A DNA stretch of 64,000 nt from Strigamia acuminata. Lineage: Eukaryota. Of the stretch, positions 56,901 to 64,000 are shown piece by piece. How positions within the stretch are numbered: the stretch's first letter is position 1; the number at the start of each line of letters is the position of its first letter. A program made the translations under genes and the position numbers. Under the pieces are notes generated by a model. It saw nothing but the letters and a program-made list of their open reading frames with translations. It was not told the origin of the DNA and did no database searches. The stretch is from contig OX442314.1 in NCBI GenBank assembly GCA_949358305.1, positions 3,906,001-3,970,000 on the forward strand. Direction: 5' to 3'.

Positions 56901-59900
56901 TATTTGCAAATTAAGAAAAACACTCATCCAAAATTCATGTGTAGGCAGAAATGTAGCTGCAACGCTTGTATCTACTAGCAATTCAACTGTTCTTCCTGTC
57001 AATGCTGTTCTCGGAGGTTTGTATCAACTTTTGCTCAAATTTAGAAGCAAAAGCCTTCTTTGCCTCCATTTTAAATTACACATTAAACAAAATCAAAAGA
57101 TATCTTTCAACGAGCAAATTCAACCAAAGAAATCGAGTTACAAATGGAAAATAACTTGTTTTTAAAAAACTGATAATAAATCAATTAAAATCGTAAAAAT
57201 TCGATTAAAATCGTAAAAATTCGATTAAAATCGTAAAAATTCGATTAAAATCGAAAAAATTCGATCAAAATCGTAAAATTTCGATTAAAATCGTAAAAAT
57301 TCGATTAAAATCGAAAAAATTCGATCAAAATCGTAAAATTTCGATTAAAATCGTAAAATTTCGATTAATATCGTAAAAATTCGATTAAAATCGTAAAAAT
57401 TCGATTAAAATCGTAAAAATTCAATCAAAATCGTAAAATTTCGATTAAATTCGTAAAATTTCGATGAAAATCGTAAAAATTCGATTACAATCATAAAAAT
57501 TCGATTAAAATCGTAAAAATTCGATTAAAATCGTAAAAATTCGATTAAAATCGTAAAAATTCGATTAAAATCGTAAAAATTCGATTAAAATCGTAAAAAT
57601 TCGATTAAAATCGTAAAATTTCGATTAAAATCGTAAAATTTCGATTAATATCGTAAAAATTCGATTAAAATCGTAAAAATTCGATTAAAATCGTAAAAAT
57701 TCAATCAAAATCGTAAAATTTCGATTAAATTCGTAAAATTTCGATGAAAATCGTAAAAATTCGATTACAATCATAAAAATTCGATTAAAATCGTAAAAAT
57801 TCGATTAAAATCGTAAAAATTCGATTAAAATCGTAAAAATTCGATTAAAATCGTAAAAATTCGATTAAAATCGTAAAAATTCGATTAAAATCGAAAAAAT
57901 TCGATCAAAATCGTAAAAATTCGATTAAAATCGTAAAAATTCGATTAAAATCGAAAAAATTCGATCAAAATCGAAAAAATTTCGATTAAAATCGTAAAAT
58001 TTCGATTAATATCGTAAAAATTCGATTAAAATCGTAAAAATTCGATTAAAATCGTAAAAATTCAATCAAAATCGTAAAATTTCGATTAAATTCGTAAAAT
58101 TTCGATGAAAATCGTAAAAATTCGATTACAATCATAAAAATTCGATTAAAATCGTAAAAATTCGATTAAAATCGTAAAATTTCGATGCAAATCGTAAAAT
58201 TTCGATGAAAATCGTAAAATTTCGATGAAAATCGTAAAAATTAGATTACAATCGTAAAAATTCGATTAAAATCGTAAAAACAAAGAAATCGATTAAAATC
58301 GTAAAGACAAAGAAATCGATTAAAATCGGGAAGAAAAAAACCCCAAAAAATCAATTAAAAACAAAAATAAAATAAAAATCGCATGATAATAATAATAATA
58401 AATTAAATGTCCACCTTCTTGTACTCAGCATAATCAACGCTGCCATCCAATTGTTCTTCTCTTCCGGTGTTTTCGAGAACAAAACCACGTGCGGTTGTTC
58501 GCGAGGAGCGATTTCAAAAGCGTTTCTCACCTCTAAACCATAAAAACCCAACAAATAAATAACACCAAAAAAAAACGTTTAAAACACTCACCATCCGTAT
58601 CCTCCCTATCGATAATCTCGATCTTTCGAATGAAATATTTCTCTTTCAGCCGATACTCGCCCACGGGACCGGTTACCGACGACCGCCGATTGTTCTGCTT
58701 ACACATAATAATAAGACCATCGAATAGAATCACGTGTCGTTCCGTAAGACGTTTTCCCGACCCGATTTTCCCTAATAAACCATCTGCAAAAAAAATTAAT
58801 CAATTAATTTTTCAATCAAAAATCGATTAAAATCGTTATAAATCGATTAAAATCGTTATAAATCGATTAAAATCGTTATAAATCGATTAAAATCGTTATA
58901 AATCGATTAAAATCGTTATAAATCGATTAAAATCGTTATAAATCGATTAAAATCGATTAAAATCGTTATAAATCGATTAAAATCGTTATAAATCGATTTA
59001 AATCGTTATAATTCGATTAAAATCGTTATAAATCAATTAAAATCGTTATAAATCGATTAAAATCGTTATAAATCGATTAAAATCGTTATAAATCAATTAA
59101 AATCGTTATAAATCGACTAAAATCGTTATAAATCGACTAAAAACGTTATACATCGACTAAAATCGTTATAAATCGATTAAAATCGTTATAAATCGATTAA
59201 AATCGTAAGAAATCGCAAAAAATCGATTAAATACGTAAAAAAATCGATTAAAATTGTAAAAATAATCGATTAAAATCGTAAAAAAATATATTAAAAACTT
59301 TTAAAAATCGATTAAAAACGCAAAAAATGATTAAAATCGTTAAAAATCAGATTAAAAACGCAAAAAATGATTAAAATCGTTAAAAACCGATTAAAACCGC
59401 AAAAAATCGACTAAAACCGTAAAACAATCGTAATTGTGATGTACAAACCTAAAATAAACTCATTGCAACATTGGCCAATATCTTTTCCTTCCCAGCCGTC
59501 AATACTTTTCTGTATTTCGTTCATTCTTACCAAAGCGGCTTGCCTGCTCATGCGCCCCGAAATGCGCAACGACGTTTCCCTAAATAAAACGAACGTTTAA
59601 CACGTAAAATTGTGTAGAAGAGCGAGACTCGTGTACCCGAATTTTCTTCTCGGCATTCCGCCGCATAACCTTTCGATGACGACTTGCAGCGGCCTAAGCA
59701 GACCTTCGGCTTGTTCGAGACTTTCGCGGTCTTCGTCGACGGGCGTGAGCTTCATTAGTACTTTTATGTGCTCGAAATACTGTAAACAGTGATAGACAGG
59801 TCCCAGTTGAAGTGTAGGAAGAACGTATTTGATCGCAGATTTGAATCCTTGACCACCAGTCTAAAAAAATAAAGAAATTTCACATCAAAAAACCTTGGAA

Positions 59901-62900
59901 ACATGCACGAAGAGAAACATTTTTGCGCTAAAAATGCATTTTATACGTAAAAATGGCGTTTTTAGACTCGAAAAGGACGTTTTATATTCAAAATTTGCGC
60001 TTTTAGACTCAAAAGTGGCGATTTTAGACTCCAAAATGGCGATTTTTGACTCCAAAATGGCGATTTTAGATTCCAAAATGGCGATTTTAGGTTCCAAAAT
60101 GGCGTTTTCGACAAACCCATTTTTCCGGCGCATTGAATTAATTTTCGACTCTGTAATGCATTTTAAATAGAATTTCTTAAATGCACCAAAAAATTTAATA
60201 ATGATAGTGGGAAAAAAAATGGAACTATGTCTCGTGAGGTTATTTGACGTACTGCAACCTTGGACATCCATTTTTCCTTTTTCCACGTGCACCCGAATTC
60301 CAGCCACACAACGAACAACGTAAAAACATAAAGAATAATAAACAACAATTCCGGCATTAAATATGCAAGCTCGAGCCGACAAAATGGCAAAAACATTATT
60401 ATTCTGGACGAATTAACGAGCCGGATTTATGCTGATCTCCAGGTGTTGAATCGTGGTAAAATCGGAGCTCTGAAATCCAAAATGGCTGCCAACACGTGAC
60501 TCAACAATCGGCCAATTACGTTTCAAAATGCCTTTTAGAGTCAAAAATGGCGTCTTTAGACTCAAAAATGACGATTTAGATTCAAAAATTGCGATTTTAG
60601 ACTGAAAAATTGCGATTTTAGACTCAAAAATAAACTTTTAGATCAAAATGTACATTTTTTCACTCAAATTGAACTACTTTTGCATTAAAAATATAAAAAA
60701 AAACTAAAAAACTAATTTTTTAGATGCTCAAATGCAAAACTAAACACTTTTTGCATATATTTCGAAACAAACCCACCGTTTTATGCACAAAAAACAGACT
60801 AATTTACCTGCAAAGAATAGCAAACGTCAGATCTCTGCAGAAGTTCAAATAATTTATCCCTGCTGTAAGGCAAACGTGGCTCATTGCGATTATTGGAACG
60901 AAATGTATCGTGAGCGTATTTATCGTAAACATCGAATTCAGCTGCCTAAAAAATCAAACAAATAAATAAATAAATAAAACAGCGACCAATCCACGCGTTT
61001 CTTCACCTCCGCAAGCTCCTCAAAACAACTCCCTATCGTCGGTATTTGTTTCTCTTCCGTCATTTCCAAAGTGTCTTCAATGGCGCCCACTAGAGTGACC
61101 GTAAAGTCGTATATGTCTAAAATATTACTAAAAACGATGTCTACATCGTGCTGAAAATTAAAAATTAAAAATTACAATTAAATTGTCGTATTATACCGCT
61201 TTAAACCGCATGTAAACTCAGTTTTTACCCACATACGAATTGTTTTCAATGGAAATTGAACCAAAACGAGCTTAAAATGCATTTTTAGATGCCCAAAATG
61301 TAGGAAATTGACCTAATTTCAATAAATTTACCCAAATTTTAAACAAAATCCTTCAGAATATCAATTAAACGCGAGTTGGTAATCCCGTGTACAGCGGCAT
61401 GCGGCTTAAAAGGCTTAAAATGATAAATTCGCCGTTCCCGATTACCTTGTTGACGGATAATCGGACAAAGGGTTCGCGAAACACTTTAATAATCATGTTC
61501 AGTTCTCGTAAATATTGTTTCTCTTCGTACAAAAAATCCTTGATTCTTTCGTCGTACGTTCCCGCCGTCCTGCAAATCGGTTCTTCCTCTATCGTTAATG
61601 CGACGTCTTCGTCTTGGTAAAACATGTCCATTAAAACCTTCGATAGAAAATAAAAAAATGAAATTTTTTATGTTTTTAATATTTTTTTGGGTATTTTTTG
61701 CGATTACCTTATCGGCACACATGGCAACTCTGATATCTTGACACGTAATTTCTTTGTGCCGGATATTTTGAACGTAATTCCCCGCCAACTGCGATCGAGA
61801 GAGGATTTGAGCGAGGGAATTAAGGATGGGTCGAGTGATTTGCTTACTTTCAAAATGTCAGCGGAAATGTATTCTAAAACTGCGACTATGTACATGGACA
61901 CTTGATAATCTATTTTGTAAGCCAGGACCTCCTGCAATTTGCATTTAGAACGTTAGAAATCGATTGGAAATTGACATTTTTCGACAAAATTGTGATAATA
62001 TTTATGAATTTTCGACAAAATTTAGATAATATTTATGAATTTTCGGCAAAATTGTGATAATATTTATGAATTTTCGACAAAATTGTGATAATATTTATGA
62101 ATTTTCGACAAAATTGTGATAATATTTATGAATTTTCGACAAAATTGTGATAATATTTATGAATTTTCGGCAAATTTGTGATAATATTTATGAATTTTCG
62201 ACAAAATTGTGACAATCTTTACGAATTTTCAGCAAAATATTAAAGAATTTTCTTAGATTTGTTGAGATTTACCTCAAATCTGTAACGTTTTGAAAAAGAT
62301 TTAGCTAAAATTTCTCCATTATTTATAGAAATATATCGAAATTTTCCCAAATTCATCAAAAAATTCATCAAAATTCATCAAAAATGACTCAAATTTTGTC
62401 TAAATTCATCAAAAATGACTCAAATTTTGTCTAAATTCATCAAAAATGACTCAAATTTTGTCTAAATTCATCAAAAATGACTCAAATTTTGTCTAAATTC
62501 ATCAAAATAGACTCAAATTTTGTCTAAATTCATCAAAATGATTCAAATTTTGTCTAAATTCATCAAAAATGACTCAAATTTTGTCTAAATTCATCAAAAT
62601 TCATCAAAATAGACTCAAATTTTGTCTAAATTCATCAAAATGATTCAAATTTTGTCTAAATTCATCAAAAATGACTCAAATTTTGTCTAAATTCATCAAA
62701 AATGACTCAAATTTTGTCTAAATTCATCAAAATGATTGAAATTTTGTCTAAATTCATCAAAAATGACTCAAATTTTGTCTAAATTCATCAAAATTCATCA
62801 AAATAGACTCAAATTTTGTCTAAATTCATCAAAATGATTCAAATTTTGTCTAAATTCATCAAAAATGACTCAAATTTTGTCTAAATTCATCAAAATTAAT

Positions 62901-63636
62901 CAAAAATGACTCAAATTTTGTCTAAATTCATTAAAAATGACTCAAATTTTGTCTAAATTCATCAAAAATGACTCAAATCTCATCAAAACATCCCCAATTC
63001 CTAAAAAAAAAAAAAATTTTCCAAAAAAAATTTCCAAATTTCTCGACATTCCTACAAAACATCCGAAACATTACAAAAACCACACGAAAAACACGCCAAT
63101 CTCATCAAATTCATCAATTCGAGCGCCACCTTCGCCGAACCACCCACTCCAAGCATGAAAAAACGCACTTTTTGTAGCAAAGGATGAATTTTTTCCATAG
63201 GAAATACTAAAGGGTTCTTCTTCTTCCCTTTCTCGATAGCGGACTGAGCCTCGCTTATCGCCCACTTCTCGATCGGGTGAGGGAAAGTTCGTTGAACACG
63301 GTCTTCCACATCGGACACTTGATGCGGCTGAGCAGCACACAACATCCCCAGCAACTTGAGCACCAAACTCTCCACGTACTCCAGCGCATCTTCCTTGGCC
63401 GTCAGCGTCGAATGCACTTGATACTGCACCTTGAAAAACACGAAAAAGAAAGGACGAAAAAACGCAAAAAATTAAAATCCAAATTCAACAAATTGTCGTC
63501 GCACGTCGCTCGACCAATCAGGTTCGCCTACTTGTTTGAGAGCATTCACGAAAAGTCCTTTCCATTTGAGCGCATTCGCCTCGTTTTCGAAATCGTAGGG
63601 ACCTTGCTCGCAAATGGCGGTGGAGGCGGAAAACAT
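49791..63636 (-). CDS. Sos: Son of sevenless (Ras/Rac GEF), multi-exon, apparently complete
   Basis: Histone fold ([15 protein letters not shown]); DH; PH ([11 protein letters not shown]...WMAAL); REM ([14 protein letters not shown]); CDC25 ([38 protein letters not shown]); C-terminal PPPLPPR motifs. Confidence 0.97.
50380..51000. repeat. Sos intronic minisatellite (~21-22 bp)
   Basis: (atttctaggtcgaaaaatga)n-type array. Confidence 0.9.
51917..52217 (-). promoter_or_regulatory. Candidate internal promoter and alternative first exon of Sos
   Basis: GC-rich island in an AT-rich intron; two CCAAT boxes (52181, 52213); ATGs 52008 and 52003 each 87 nt from a donor (GA|GTAAGG, AAG|GTGAAA), phase 0 with the next exon. 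Confidence 0.5.
54790..55060. repeat. Sos intronic minisatellite (~30 bp)
   Basis: (ataaatttcgaaatttcgtccatatttttt)n-type array. Confidence 0.85.
55481..55614 (-). ncRNA. H/ACA scaRNA guiding U2 snRNA pseudouridylation (SCARNA4/ACA26-like), copy 1
   Basis: Hairpin-AGAGCA(H box)-hairpin-ACA+3 nt. Pocket 1 (AAGAA/GAUAC) fits U2 GUAUC-UG-UUCUU; pocket 2 (AAGAACAG/CUACAUUU) fits U2 AAGUGUAG-UAU-CUGUUCUU; both 14 nt from their box. Confidence 0.85.
55673..56307. mobile_element. hAT-type MITE inside the U12 intron
   Basis: Ends cagagttt...aaacccta; 8-bp flanks atgtagac/atgtaaac; internal aaaaatggcgtttttcgtc repeats. Confidence 0.6.
56937..57069 (-). ncRNA. H/ACA scaRNA, copy 2
   Basis: Paralog of 55481-55614 with H box AGAACA, ACA box and both guide pockets retained. 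Confidence 0.8.
57185..58330. repeat. Sos intronic minisatellite (20 bp)
   Basis: (aaaatcgtaaaaattcgatt)n with higher-order repeated variant blocks. Confidence 0.95.
58820..59430. repeat. Sos intronic minisatellite (20 bp)
   Basis: (aatcgattaaaatcgttata)n. Confidence 0.95.
61978..62980. repeat. Two Sos intronic minisatellites (~32 bp and ~31 bp)
   Basis: (ttttcgacaaaattgtgataatatttatgaa)n-type and (aaattcatcaaaaatgactcaaattttgtct)n. Confidence 0.95.
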
Positions 63637-64000
63637 GTCCAAAGTGGGGTGTGCAGTGCACTTGACCGCTTTCTCCTCATGTGTCCGCCATGATGACGGC
63701 TCAAGGGCTGAACGGCTCAACGACCAGTCGGGGGGTGCGCTCTGCGCCCAACAAATCAATTCGGCGCGCGAGCACGGATTAGTCGCTTCGGGTGCGCAGT
63801 TTCGTCCGGGTGTCGTTGCTGCTCGCGGAATCGAGTACACGGAAAGTGTTCAATTTCTTCCGCATGCCGATAACGTTGAATTATTACTTCTTATTAGTCG
63901 GTTCGAGAATACGCGCACTGCGCAGCTTGTGCGCGCACTTTTGCGTGTGGTCTGACACCGCGTGACGGTTTATCGAACTAGATTGTTATAAAATCAAATG

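Noticed and set aside
57185..59430. Regular arrays resembling CRISPR
   Set aside because: Head-to-tail units without unique spacers; eukaryotic introns; no cas genes.
63637..63840. N-terminal extension of Sos suggested by ORF 63472-63840
   Set aside because: Non-ATG start; the ATG at 63636 matches the expected Sos N-terminus (PYDF...KWKGLF).

Overview
AT-rich, intron-dense animal genomic DNA, probably arthropod. Host genes: a complete ABCA-subfamily transporter (-, 20682-33565) head-to-head with Vti1b (+), mRpS18A (-), a compact RNF216/TRIAD3-like RBR E3 ligase (+) and a complete Son of sevenless (Sos, -), plus an IMP4 pseudogene. The left 20 kb is a rearranged accessory region. It holds a 5'-truncated, near-identical ABCA duplicate (6191-10278) that is interrupted in an exon by a gypsy-like LTR element (1-6190) and sits downstream of a foreign multi-mini-exon leader. 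One intron of that leader carries a young, intact, pol-less LTR element (10446-17895) with identical 631-bp LTRs, a tRNA-Pro PBS, gag, a vestigial -1 frameshift tail and a large orphan ORF that opens exactly at a splice acceptor. Sos contains a U12 AT-AC intron hosting a U2-guiding H/ACA scaRNA, a second scaRNA copy flanked by fossil U12 signals, and a candidate internal promoter/first exon that would express only the proline-rich tail. Introns are packed with minisatellites and non-autonomous DNA transposons (hAT, Harbinger, MULE/foldback, Kolobok-like, P/THAP-like, HINE). All family calls are by eye from motifs; no searches were run.
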